From Eledone cirrhosa (Eukaryota): 64,000 nucleotides of DNA. The translations under genes and the position numbers were made by a program. Shown piece after piece: positions 42,541 through 56,200 of the stretch; position 1 is the first letter of the stretch, and each line of letters opens with the position of its first letter. The notes beneath the pieces were generated by a model. The model worked only from the letters and a program-made list of their open reading frames with translations. It ran no database searches and had not been told where the DNA came from. The stretch is from assembly GCA_964016885.1 (NCBI GenBank), contig OZ024758.1:38502001-38566000 (forward strand), read 5' to 3'.

Positions 42541-44270
42541 GTTGGTGAGAATTCATTTAAGTCATGGTATTAGTTGTCAGAAGTAACTCCAATGTTGGTG
42601 AGAATTCATTTAAGTCATGGTACTAGCTGTCAGAAGTAACTCCAATGTTGGTGAGAATTCATTTAAGTTCATGGTATTAGCTGTCAGAAGGAACTCCACT
42701 GTTGGTGAGAATTCATTTAAGTTCATGGTATTAGCTGTCAGAAGTAACTCCACTGTTGGTGAGAATTCATTTAAGTTCATGGTATTAGCTGTCAGAAGTA
42801 ACTCCACTGTTGGTGAGAATTCATTTAAGTTCATGGTACTAGCTGTCAGAAGTAACTCCACTGTTGGTGAGAATTCATTTAAGTTCATGGTTCTAGCTGT
42901 CAGAATTAACTCCACTGTTGGTGAGAATTCATTTAAGTTCATGGTACTAGCTGTCAGAAGTAACTCCACTGTTGGTGAGAATTCATTTAAGTTCATGGTA
43001 TTAGCTGTCAGAAGGAACTCCAATGTTGGTGAGAATTCATTTAAGTCATGGTACTAGCTGTCAGAAGTAACTCCACTGTTGGTGAGAATTCATTTAAGTT
43101 CATGGTATTAGCTGTCAGAAGGAACGCCACTGTTGGTGAGAATTCATTTAAGTTCATGGTATTAGCTGTCAGAAGTAACTCCACTGTTGGTGAGAATTCA
43201 TTTAAGTTCATGGTACTAGCTGTCAGAAGTAACTCCAATGTTGGTGAGAATTCATTTAAGTTCATGGTATTAGCTGTCAGAAGTCACTCCACTGTTGGTG
43301 ATAATTCATTTAAGTTCATGGTATTAGCTGTCAGAAGTAACTCCACTGTTGGTGAGAATTCATTTAAGTTCATGGTACTAGTTGTCAGAAGTAACTCCAC
43401 TGTTGGTGAGAATTCATTTAAGTTCATGGTACTAGCTGTCAGAAGTAACCCCAATGTTGGTAAGAATTCATTTAAGTTCATGATATTAGCTGTCAGAAGT
43501 AACTCCACTGTTGGTGAGAATTCATTTAAGTTCATGGTACTAGCTGTCAGAAGTAACTCCACTGTTGGTGAGAATTCATTTAAGTTTATGGTACTAGCTG
43601 TCAGAAGTAACCCCAATGTTGGTGAGAATTCATATAAGTTCATGGTATTAGCTGTCAGAAGTCACTCCAATGTTGGTGAGAATTCATTTAAGTTCATGGT
43701 ATTAGCTGTCAGAAGTAACTCCACTGTTGGTGAGAATTCATTTAAGTTCATGGTATTAGCTGTCAGAAGCAACTCCACTGTTGGTGAGAATTCATTTAAG
43801 TTCATGGTATTAGCTGTCAGAAGTAACTCCACTGTTGGTGAGAATTCATTTAAGTTCATGGTATTAGCTGTCAGAAGGAACTCCAATGTTGGTGAGAATT
43901 CATTTAAGTCATGGTACTAGCTGTCAGAAGTAACTCCACTGTTGGTGAGAATTCATTTAAGTTCATGGTATTAGCTGTCAGAAGGAACGCCACTGTTGGT
44001 GAGAATTCATTTAAGTTCATGGTATTAGCTGTCAGAAGTAACTCCACTGTTGGTGAGAATTCATTTAAGTTCATGGTACTAGCTGTCAGAAGTAACTCCA
44101 ATGTTGGTGAGAATTCATTTAAGTTCATGGTATTAGCTGTCAGAAGGAACTCCACTGTTGGTGATAATTCATTTAAGTTCATGGTATTAGCTGTCAGAAG
44201 TAACTCCACTGTTGGTGAGAATTCATTTAAGTTCATGGTACTAGTTGTCAGAAGTAACTCCACTGTTGGT
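39700..44270 (+). repeat. Higher-order duplication, offset 2857 bp (53 monomers), second copy partial
   Basis: ORFs 39760/42617, 40191/43048 and 41054/43911 are offset by 2857. The GGTTCTA...GAATTAAC marker sits at 40032 and 42889. Confidence 0.8.
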
Positions 44271-47200
44271 GAGAATTCATTTAAGTCATGGTATTAGTTG
44301 TCAGAAGTAACTCCAATGTTGGTGAGAATTCATTTAAGTTCATGGTACTAGCTGTCAGAAGTAACTCCACTGTTGGTGAGAATTCATTTAAGTTCATTGT
44401 ATTAGCTGTCAGAAGGAACTCCACTGTTGGTAAGAATTCATTTAAGTTCATGGTATTAGCTGTCAGAAGTAACTCCACTGTTGGTGAGAATTCATTTAAG
44501 TTCATGGTACTAGCTGTCAGAAGTAACTCCACTGTTGGTGAGAATTCATTTAAGTTCATGGTACTAGCTGTCAGAAGTAACTCCACTGTTGGTGAGAATT
44601 CATTTAAGTTCATGGTACTAGCTGTCAGAAGTAACCCCAATGTTGGTGAGAATTCATTTAAGTTCATGGTATTAGCTGTCAGAAGTCACTCCAATGTTGG
44701 TGAGAATTCATTTAAGTTCATGGTATTAGCTGTGAGAAGTCACTCCACTGTTGGTGAGAATTCATTTAAGTTCATGGTATTAGCTGTCAGAAGTACCTCC
44801 ACTGTTGGTGAGAATTCATTTAAGTTCATGGTATTAGCTGTCAGAAGTAACTCCACTGTTGGTGAGAATTCATTTAAGTTCATGGTATTAGCTGTCAGAA
44901 GGAACTCCAATGTTGGTGAGAATTCATTTAAGTCATGGTACTAGCTGTCAGAAGTAACTCCACTGTTGGTGAGAATTCATTTAAGTTCATGGTATTAGCA
45001 GTCAGAAGTAACTCCACTGTTGGTGAGAATTCATTTAAGTTCATGGTACTAGCTGTCAGAAGTAACTCCAATGTTGGTGAGAATTCATTTAAGTTCATGG
45101 TATTAGCTGTCAGAAGGAACTCCACTGTTGGTGAGAATTCATTTAAGTTCATGGTATTAGCTGTCAGAAGTAACTCCACTGTTGGTGAGAATTCATTTAA
45201 GTTCATGCTACTAGTTGTCAGAAGTAACTCCACTGTTGGTGAGAATTCATTTAAGTTCATGGTATTAGTTGTCAGAAGTAACTCCACTGTTGGTGAGAAT
45301 TCATTTAAGTCATGGTATTAGTTGTCAGAAGTAACTCCAATGTTGGTGAGAATTCATTTAAGTTCATGGTACTAGCTGTCAGAAGTAACTCCACTGTTGG
45401 TGAGAATTCATTTAAGTTCATTGTATTAGCTGTCAGAAGTAACTCCACTGTTGGTGAGAATTCATTTAAGTCATGGTATTAGCTGTCAGAAGTAACTCCA
45501 TTGTTGGTGAGAATTCATTTAAGTCATGGTACTAGCTGTCAGAAGTAACTCCACTGTTGGTGAGAATTCATTTAAGTTCATGGTATTAGCTGTCAGAAGG
45601 AACTCCACTGTTGGTGAGAATTCATTTAAGTTCATGGTACTAGCTGTCAGAAGTAACTCCACTGTTGGTGAGAATTCATTTAAGTTCATGGTATTAGTTT
45701 GTCAGAAGTAACTCCACTGTTGGTGAGAATTCATTTAAGTCATGGTATTAGTTGTCAGAAGTAACTCCAATGTTGGTGAGAATTCATTTAAGTCATGGTA
45801 CTAGCTGTCAGAAGTAACTCCAATGTTGGTGAGAATTCATTTAAGTTCATGGTATTAGCTGTCAGAAGGAACTCCACTGTTGGTGAGAATTCATTTAAGT
45901 TCATGGTATTAGCTGTCAGAAGTAACTCCACTGTTGGTGAGAATTCATTTAAGTTCATGGTATTAGCTGTCAGAAGTAACTCCACTGTTGGTGAGAATTC
46001 ATTTAAGTTCATGGTACTAGCTGTCAGAAGTAACTCCACTGTTGGTGAGAATTCATTTAAGTTCATGGTTCTAGCTGTCAGAATTAACTCCACTGTTGGT
46101 GAGAATTCATTTAAGTTCATGGTACTAGCTGTCAGAAGTAACTCCACTGTTGGTGAGAATTCATTTAAGTTCATGGTATTAGCTGTCAGAAGGAACTCCA
46201 ATGTTGGTGAGAATTCATTTAAGTCATGGTACTAGCTGTCAGAAGTAACTCCACTGTTGGTGAGAATTCATTTAAGTTCATGGTATTAGCTGTCAGAAAG
46301 AACGCCACTGTTGGTGAGAATTCATTTAAGTTCATGGTATTAGCTGTCAGAAGTAACTCCACTGTTGGTGAGAATTCATTTAAGTTCATGGTACTAGCTG
46401 TCAGAAGTAACTCCAATGTTGGTGAGAATTCATTTAAGTTCATGGTATTAGCTGTCAGAAGTCACTCCACTGTTGGTGATAATTCATTTAAGTTCATGGT
46501 ATTAGCTGTCAGAAGTAACTCCACTGTTGGTGAGAATTCATTTAAGTTCATGGTACTAGTTGTCAGAAGTAACTCCACTGTTGGTGAGAATTCATTTAAG
46601 TTCATGGTACTAGCTGTCAGAAGTAACCCCAATGTTGGTAAGAATTCATTTAAGTTCATGATATTAGCTGTCAGAAGTAACTCCACTGTTGGTGAGAATT
46701 CATTTAAGTTCATGGTACTAGCTGTCAGAAGTAACTCCACTGTTGGTGAGAATTCATTTAAGTTTATGGTACTAGCTGTCAGAAGTAACCCCAATGTTGG
46801 TGAGAATTCATTTAAGTTCATGGTATTAGCTGTCAGAAGTCACTCCAATGTTGGTGAGAATTCATTTAAGTTCATGGTATTAGCTGTCAGAAGTAACTCC
46901 ACTGTTGGTGAGAATTCATTTAAGTTCATGGTATTAGCTGTCAGAAGCAACTCCACTGTTGGTGAGAATTCATTTAAGTTCATGGTATTAGCTGTCAGAA
47001 GTAACTCCACTGTTGGTGAGAATTCATTTAAGTTCATGGTATTAGCTGTCAGAAGGAACTCCAATGTTGGTGAGAATTCATTTAAGTCATGGTACTAGCT
47101 GTCAGAAGTAACTCCACTGTTGGTGAGAATTCATTTAAGTTCATGGTATTAGCTGTCAGAAGGAACGCCACTGTTGGTGAGAATTCATTTAAGTTCATGG

Positions 47201-50200
47201 TATTAGCTGTCAGAAGTAACTCCACTGTTGGTGAGAATTCATTTAAGTTCATGGTACTAGCTGTCAGAAGTAACTCCAATGTTGGTGAGAATTCATTTAA
47301 GTTCATGGTATTAGGTGTCAGAAGGAACTCCACTGTTGGTGATAATTCATTTAAGTTCATGGTATTAGCTGTCAGAAGTAACTCCACTGTTGGTGAGAAT
47401 TCATTTAAGTTCATGGTACTAGTTGTCAGAAGTAACTCCACTGTTGGTGAGAATTCATTTAAGTTCATGGTACTAGCTGTCAGAAGTAACTCCAATGTTG
47501 GTAAGAATTCATTTAAGTTCATGATATTAGCTGTCAGAAGTAACTCCACTGTTGGTGAGAATTCATTTAAGTTCATGGTACTAGCTGTCAGAAGTAACTC
47601 CACTGTTGGTGAGAATTCATTTAAGTTTATGGTACTAGCTGTCAGAAGTAACCCCAATGTTGGTGAGAATTCATTTAAGTTCATGGTATTAGCTGTCAGA
47701 AGTCACTCCAATGTTGGTGAGAATTCATTTCAGTTCATGGTATTAGCTGTCAGAAGTCACTCCACTGTTGGTGAGAATTCATTTAAGTTCATGGTACTAG
47801 CTGTCAGAAGTAACCCCAATGTTGCTGAGAATTCATTTAAGTTCATGGTATTAGCTGTCAGAAGTCACTCCAATGTTGGTGAGAATTCATTTAAGTTCAT
47901 GGTATTAGCTGTCAGAAGTAACGCCACTGTTGGTGAGAATTCATTTAAGTTCATTTTATTAGCTGTCAGAAGGAACTCCAGTGTTGGTGAGAATTCATTT
48001 AAGTTCATGGTATTAGCTGTCAGAAGTAACTCCACTGTTGGTGAGAATTCATTTAAGTTCATGGTACTAGCTGTCAGAAGTAACTCCAATGTTGGTGAGA
48101 ATTCATTTAAGTTCATGGTATTAGCTGTCAGAAGGATCTCCACTGTTGGTGAGAATTCATTTAAGTTCATGGTATTAGCTGTCAGAAGTAACTCCACTGT
48201 TGGTGAGAATTCATTTAAGTTCATGGTACTAGTTGTCAGAAGTAACTCCACTGTTGGTGAGAATTCATTTAAGTTCATGGTATTAGTTGTCAGAAGTAAC
48301 TCCACTGTTGGTGAGAATTCATTTAAGTCATGGTATTAGCTGTCAGAAGTAACTCCATTGTTGGTGAGAATTCATTTAAGTCATGGTACTAGCTGTCAGA
48401 AGTAACTCCACTGTTGGTGAGAATTCATTTAAGTTCATGGTATTAGCTGTCAGAAGGAACTCCACTGTTGGTGAGAATTCATTTAAGTTCATGGTACTAG
48501 CTGTCAGAAGTAACTCCACTGTTGGTGAGAATTCATTTAAGTTCATGGTATTAGTTTGTCAGAAGTAACTCCACTGTTGGTGAGAATTCATTTAAGTCAT
48601 GGTATTAGTTGTCAGAAGTAACTCCAATGTTGGTGAGAATTCATTTAAGTCATGGTACTAGCTGTCAGAAGTAACTCCAATGTTGGTGAGAATTCATTTA
48701 AGTTCATGGTATTAGCTGTCAGAAGGAACTCCACTGTTGGTGAGAATTCATTTAAGTTCATGGTATTAGCTGTCAGAAGTAACTCCACTGTTGGTGAGAA
48801 TTCATTTAAGTTCATGGTATTAGCTGTCAGAAGTAACTCCACTGTTGGTGAGAATTCATTTAAGTTCATGGTACTAGCTGTCAGAAGTAACTCCACTGTT
48901 GGTGAGAATTCATTTAAGTTCATGGTTCTAGCTGTCAGAATTAACTCCACTGTTGCTGAGAATTCATTTAAGTTCATGGTACTAGCTGTCAGAAGTAACC
49001 CCAATGTTGCTGAGAATTCATTTAAGTTCATGGTATTAGCTGTCAGAAGTCACTCCAATGTTGGTGAGAATTCATTTAAGTTCATGGTATTAGCTGTCAG
49101 AAGTAACGCCACTGTTGGTGAGAATTCATTTAAGTTCATTTTATTAGCTGTCAGAAGGAACTCCAGTGTTGGTGAGAATTCATTTAAGTTCATGGTATTA
49201 GCTGTCAGAAGTAACTCCACTGTTGGTGAGAATTCATTTAAGTTCATGGTACTAGCTGTCAGAAGTAACTCCAATGTTGGTGAGAATTCATTTAAGTTCA
49301 TGGTATTAGCTGTCAGAAGGAACTCCACTGTTGGTGAGAATTCATTTAAGTTCATGGTATTAGCTGTCAGAAGTAACTCCACTGTTGGTGAGAATTCATT
49401 TAAGTTCATGGTACTAGTTGTCAGAAGTAACTCCACTGTTGGTGAGAATTCATTTAAGTTCATGGTATTAGTTGTCAGAAGTAACTCCACTGTTGGTGAG
49501 AATTCATTTAAGTCATGGTATTAGCTGTCAGAAGTAACTCCATTGTTGGTGAGAATTCATTTAAGTCATGGTACTAGCTGTCAGAAGTAACTCCACTGTT
49601 GGTGAGAATTCATTTAAGTTCATGGTATTAGCTGTCAGAAGGAACTCCACTGTTGGTGAGAATTCATTTAAGTTCATGGTACTAGCTGTCAGAAGTAACT
49701 CCACTGTTGGTGAGAATTCATTTAAGTTCATGGTATTAGTTTGTCAGAAGTAACTCCACTGTTAGTGAGAATTCATTTAAGTCATGGTATTAGTTGTCAG
49801 AAGTAACTCCAATGTTGGTGAGAATTCATTTAAGTCATGGTACTAGCTGTCAGAAGTAACTCCAATGTTGGTGAGAATTCATTTAAGTTCATGGTATTAG
49901 CTGTCAGAAGGAACTCCACTGTTGGTGAGAATTCATTTAAGTTCATGGTATTAGCTGTCAGAAGTAACTCCACTGTTGGTGAGAATTCATTTAAGTTCAT
50001 GGTATTAGCTGTCAGAAGTAACTCCACTGTTGGTGAGAATTCATTTAAGTTCATGGTACTAGCTGTCAGAAGTAACTCCACTGTTGGTGAGAATTCATTT
50101 AAGTTCATGGTTCTAGCTGTCAGAATTAACTCCACTGTTGGTGAGAATTCATTTAAGTTCATGGTACTAGCTGTCAGAAGTAACTCCACTGTTGGTGAGA

Positions 50201-53200
50201 ATTCATTTAAGTTCATGGTATTAGCTGTCAGAAGGAACTCCAATGTTGGTGAGAATTCATTTAAGTCATGGTACTAGCTGTCAGAAGTAACTCCACTGTT
50301 GGTGAGAATTCATTTAAGTTCATGGTATTAGCTGTCGGAAGGAACGCCACTGTTGGTGAGAATTCATTTAAGTTCATGGTATTAGCTGTCAGAAGCAACT
50401 CCACTGTTGGTGAGAATTCATTTAAGTTCATGGTATTAGCTGTCAGAAGTAACTCCACTGTTGGTGAGAATTCATTTAAGTTCATGGTATTAGCTGTCAG
50501 AAGGAACTCCAATGTTGGTGAGAATTCATTTAAGTCATGGTACTAGCTGTCAGAAGTAACTCCACTGTTGGTGAGAATTCATTTAAGTTCATGGTATTAG
50601 CTGTCAGAAGGAACGCCACTGTTGGTGAGAATTCATTTAAGTTCATGGTATTAGCTGTCAGAAGTAACTCCACTGTTGGTGAGAATTCATTTAAGTTCAT
50701 GGTACTAGCTGTCAGAAGTAACTCCAATGTTGGTGAGAATTCATTTAAGTTCATGGTATTAGCTGTCAGAAGGAACTCCACTGTTGGTGATAATTCATTT
50801 AAGTTCATGGTATTAGCTGTCAGAAGTAACTCCACTGTTGGTGAGAATTCATTTAAGTTCATGGTACTAGTTGTCAGAAGTAACTCCACTGTTGGTGAGA
50901 ATTCATTTAAGTCATGGTATTAGTTGTCAGAAGTAACTCCAATGTTGGTGAGAATTCATTTAAGTTCATGGTACTAGCTGTCAGAAGTAACTCCACTGTT
51001 GGTGAGAATTCATTTAAGTTCATTGTATTAGCTGTCAGAAGGAACTCCACTGTTGGTAAGAATTCATTTAAGTTCATGGTATTAGCTGTCAGAAGTAACT
51101 CCACTGTTGGTGAGAATTCATTTAAGTTCATGGTACTAGCTGTCAGAAGTAACTCCACTGTTGGTGAGAATTCATTTAAGTTCATGGTACTAGCTGTCAG
51201 AAGTAACTCCACTGTTGGTGAGAATTCATTTAAGTTCATGGTACTAGCTGTCAGAAGTAACCCCAATGTTGGTGAGAATTCATTTAAGTTCATGGTATTA
51301 GCTGTCAGAAGTCACTCCAATGTTGGTGAGAATTCATTTAAGTTCATGGTATTAGCTGTGAGAAGTCACTCCACTGTTGGTGAGAATTCATTTAAGTTCA
51401 TGGTATTAGCTGTCAGAAGTACCTCCACTGTTGGTGAGAATTCATTTAAGTTCATGGTATTAGCTGTCAGAAGTAACTCCACTGTTGGTGAGAATTCATT
51501 TAAGTTCATGGTATTAGCTGTCAGAAGGAACTCCAATGTTGGTGAGAATTCATTTAAGTCATGGTACTAGCTGTCAGAAGTAACTCCACTGTTGGTGAGA
51601 ATTCATTTAAGTTCATGGTATTAGCTGTCAGAAGTAACTCCACTGTTGGTGAGAATTCATTTAAGTTCATGGTACTAGCTGTCAGAAGTAACTCCAATGT
51701 TGGTGAGAATTCATTTAAGTTCATGGTATTAGCTGTCAGAAGGAACTCCACTGTTGGTGAGAATTCATTTAAGTTCATGGTATTAGCTGTCAGAAGTAAC
51801 TCCACTGTTGGTGAGAATTCATTTAAGTTCATGGTACTAGTTGTCAGAAGTAACTCCACTGTTGGTGAGAATTCATTTAAGTTCATGGTATTAGTTGTCA
51901 GAAGTAACTCCACTGTTGGTGAGAATTCATTTAAGTCATGGTATTAGTTGTCAGAAGTAACTCCAATGTTGGTGAGAATTCATTTAAGTTCATGGTACTA
52001 GCTGTCAGAAGTAACTCCACTGTTGGTGAGAATTCATTTAAGTTCATTGTATTAGCTGTCAGAAGTAACTCCACTGTTGGTGAGAATTCATTTAAGTCAT
52101 GGTATTAGCTGTCAGAAGTAACTCCATTGTTGGTGAGAATTCATTTAAGTCATGGTACTAGCTGTCAGAAGTAACTCCACTGTTGGTGAGAATTCATTTA
52201 AGTTCATGGTATTAGCTGTCAGAAGGAACTCCACTGTTGGTGAGAATTCATTTAAGTTCATGGTACTAGCTGTCAGAAGTAACTCCACTGTTGGTGAGAA
52301 TTCATTTAAGTTCATGGTATTAGTTTGTCAGAAGTAACTCCACTGTTGGTGAGAATTCATTTAAGTCATGGTATTAGTTGTCAGAAGTAACTCCAATGTT
52401 GGTGAGAATTCATTTAAGTCATGGTACTAGCTGTCAGAAGTAACTCCAATGTTGGTGAGAATTCATTTAAGTTCATGGTATTAGCTGTCAGAAGGAACTC
52501 CACTGTTGGTGAGAATTCATTTAAGTTCATGGTATTAGCTGTCAGAAGTAACTCCACTGTTGGTGAGAATTCATTTAAGTTCATGGTATTAGCTGTCAGA
52601 AGTAACTCCACTGTTGGTGAGAATTCATTTAAGTTCATGGTACTAGCTGTCAGAAGTAACTCCACTGTTGGTGAGAATTCATTTAAGTTCATGGTTCTAG
52701 CTGTCAGAATTAACTCCACTGTTGGTGAGAATTCATTTAAGTTCATGGTACTAGCTGTCAGAAGTAACTCCACTGTTGGTGAGAATTCATTTAAGTTCAT
52801 GGTATTAGCTGTCAGAAGGAACTCCAATGTTGGTGAGAATTCATTTAAGTCATGGTACTAGCTGTCAGAAGTAACTCCACTGTTGGTGAGAATTCATTTA
52901 AGTTCATGGTATTAGCTGTCAGAAGGAACGCCACTGTTGGTGAGAATTCATTTAAGTTCATGGTATTAGCTGTCAGAAGTAACTCCACTGTTGGTGAGAA
53001 TTCATTTAAGTTCATGGTACTAGCTGTCAGAAGTAACTCCAATGTTGGTGAGAATTCATTTAAGTTCATGGTATTAGCTGTCAGAAGTCACTCCACTGTT
53101 GGTGATAATTCATTTAAGTTCATGGTATTAGCTGTCAGAAGTAACTCCACTGTTGGTGAGAATTCATTTAAGTTCATGGTACTAGTTGTCAGAAGTAACT

Positions 53201-56200
53201 CCACTGTTGGTGAGAATTCATTTAAGTTCATGGTACTAGCTGTCAGAAGTAACCCCAATGTTGGTAAGAATTCATTTAAGTTCATGATATTAGCTGTCAG
53301 AAGTAACTCCACTGTTGGTGAGAATTCATTTAAGTTCATGGTACTAGCTGTCAGAAGTAACTCCACTGTTGGTGAGAATTCATTTAAGTTTATGGTACTA
53401 GCTGTCAGAAGTAACCCCAATGTTGGTGAGAATTAATTTAAGTTCATGGTATTAGCTGTCAGAAGTCACTCCAATGTTGGTGAGAATTCATTTAAGTTCA
53501 TGGTATTAGCTGTCAGAAGTAACTCCACTGTTGGTGAGAATTCATTTAAGTTCATGGTATTAGCTGTCAGAAGCAACTCCACTGTTGGTGAGAATTCATT
53601 TAAGTTCATGGTATTAGCTGTCAGAAGGAACTCCAATGTTGGTGAGAATTCATTTAAGTCATGGTACTAGCTGTCAGAAGTAACTCCACTGTTGGTGAGA
53701 ATTCATTTAAGTTCATGGTATTAGCTGTCAGAAGGAACGCCACTGTTGGTGAGAATTCATTTAAGTTCATGGTATTAGCTGTCAGAAGTAACTCCACCGT
53801 TGGTGAGAATTCATTTAAGTTCATGGTACTAGCTGTCAGAAGTAACTCCAATGTTGGTGAGAATTCATTTAAGTTCATGGTATTAGCTGTCAGAAGGAAC
53901 TCCACTGTTGGTGATAATTCATTTAAGTTCATGGTATTAGCTGTCAGAAGTAACTCCACTGTTGGTGAGAATTCATTTAAGTTCATGGTACTAGTTGTCA
54001 GAAGTAACTCCACTGTTGGTGAGAATTCATTTAAGTTCATGGTACTAGCTGTCAGAAGTAACTCCAATGTTGGTAAGAATTCATTTAAGTTCATGATATT
54101 AGCTGTCAGAAGTAACTCCACTGTTGGTGAGAATTCATTTAAGTTCATGGTACTAGCTGTCAGATGTAACTCCACTGTTGGTGAGAATTCATTTAAGTTT
54201 ATGGTACTAGCTGTCAGAAGTAACCCCAATGTTGGTGAGAATTCATTTAAGTTCATGGTATTAGCTCTCAGAAGTCACTCCAATGTTGGTGAGAATTCAT
54301 TTCAGTTCATGGTATTAGCTGTCAGAAGTCACTCCACTGTTGGTGAGAATTCATTTAAGTTCATGGTACTAGCTGTCAGAAGTAACCCCAATGTTGCTGA
54401 GAATTCATTTAAGTTCATGGTATTAGCTGTCAGAAGTCACTCCAATGTTGGTGAGAATTCATTTAAGTTCATGGTATTAGCTGTCAGAAGTAACGCCACT
54501 GTTGGTGAGAATTCATTTAAGTTCATTTTATTAGCTGTCAGAAGGAACTCCAGTGTTGGTGAGAATTCATTTAAGTTCATGGTATTAGCTGTCAGAAGTA
54601 ACTCCACTGTTGGTGAGAATTCATTTAAGTTCATGGTACTAGCTGTCAGAAGTAACTCCAATGTTGGTGAGAATTCATTTAAGTTCATGGTATTAGCTGT
54701 CAGAAGGAACTCCACTGTTGGTGAGAATTCATTTAAGTTCATGGTATTAGCTGTCAGAAGTAACTCCACTGTTGGTGAGAATTCATTTAAGTTCATGGTA
54801 CTAGTTGTCAGAAGTAACTCCACTGTTGGTGAGAATTCATTTAAGTTCATGGTATTAGTTGTCAGAAGTAACTCCACTGTTGGTGAGAATTCATTTAAGT
54901 CATGGTATTAGCTGTCAGAAGTAACTCCATTGTTGGTGAGAATTCATTTAAGTCATGGTACTAGCTGTCAGAAGTAACTCCACTGTTGGTGAGAATTCAT
55001 TTAAGTTCATGGTATTAGCTGTCAGAAGGAACTCCACTGTTGGTGAGAATTCATTTAAGTTCATGGTACTAGCTGTCAGAAGTAACTCCACTGTTGGTGA
55101 GAATTCATTTAAGTTCATGGTATTAGTTTGTCAGAAGTAACTCCACTGTTGGTGAGAATTCATTTAAGTCATGGTATTAGTTGTCAGAAGTAACTCCAAT
55201 GTTGGTGAGAATTCATTTAAGTCATGGTACTAGCTGTCAGAAGTAACTCCAATGTTGGTGAGAATTCATTTAAGTTCATGGTATTAGCTGTCAGAAGGAA
55301 CTCCACTGTTGGTGAGAATTCATTTAAGTTCATGGTATTAGCTGTCAGAAGTAACTCCACTGTTGGTGAGAATTCATTTAAGTTCATGGTATTAGCTGTC
55401 AGAAGTAACTCCACTGTTGGTGAGAATTCATTTAAGTTCATGGTACTAGCTGTCAGAAGTAACTCCACTGTTGGTGAGAATTCATTTAAGTTCATGGTTC
55501 TAGCTGTCAGAATTAACTCCACTGTTGCTGAGAATTCATTTAAGTTCATGGTACTAGCTGTCAGAAGTAACCCCAATGTTGCTGAGAATTCATTTAAGTT
55601 CATGGTATTAGCTGTCAGAAGTCACTCCAATGTTGGTGAGAATTCATTTAAGTTCATGGTATTAGCTGTCAGAAGTAACGCCACTGTTGGTGAGAATTCA
55701 TTTAAGTTCATTTTATTAGCTGTCAGAAGGAACTCCAGTGTTGGTGAGAATTCATTTAAGTTCATGGTATTAGCTGTCAGAAGTAACTCCACTGTTGGTG
55801 AGAATTCATTTAAGTTCATGGTACTAGCTGTCAGAAGTAACTCCAATGTTGGTGAGAATTCATTTAAGTTCATGGTATTAGCTGTCAGAAGGAACTCCAC
55901 TGTTGGTGAGAATTCATTTAAGTTCATGGTATTAGCTGTCAGAAGTAACTCCACTGTTGGTGAGAATTCATTTAAGTTCATGGTACTAGTTGTCAGAAGT
56001 AACTCCACTGTTGGTGAGAATTCATTTAAGTTCATGGTATTAGTTGTCAGAAGTAACTCCACTGTTGGTGAGAATTCATTTAAGTCATGGCATTAGCTGT
56101 CAGAAGTAACTCCATTGTTGGTGAGAATTCATTTAAGTCATGGTACTAGCTGTCAGAAGTAACTCCACTGTTGGTGAGAATTCATTTAAGTTCATGGTAT

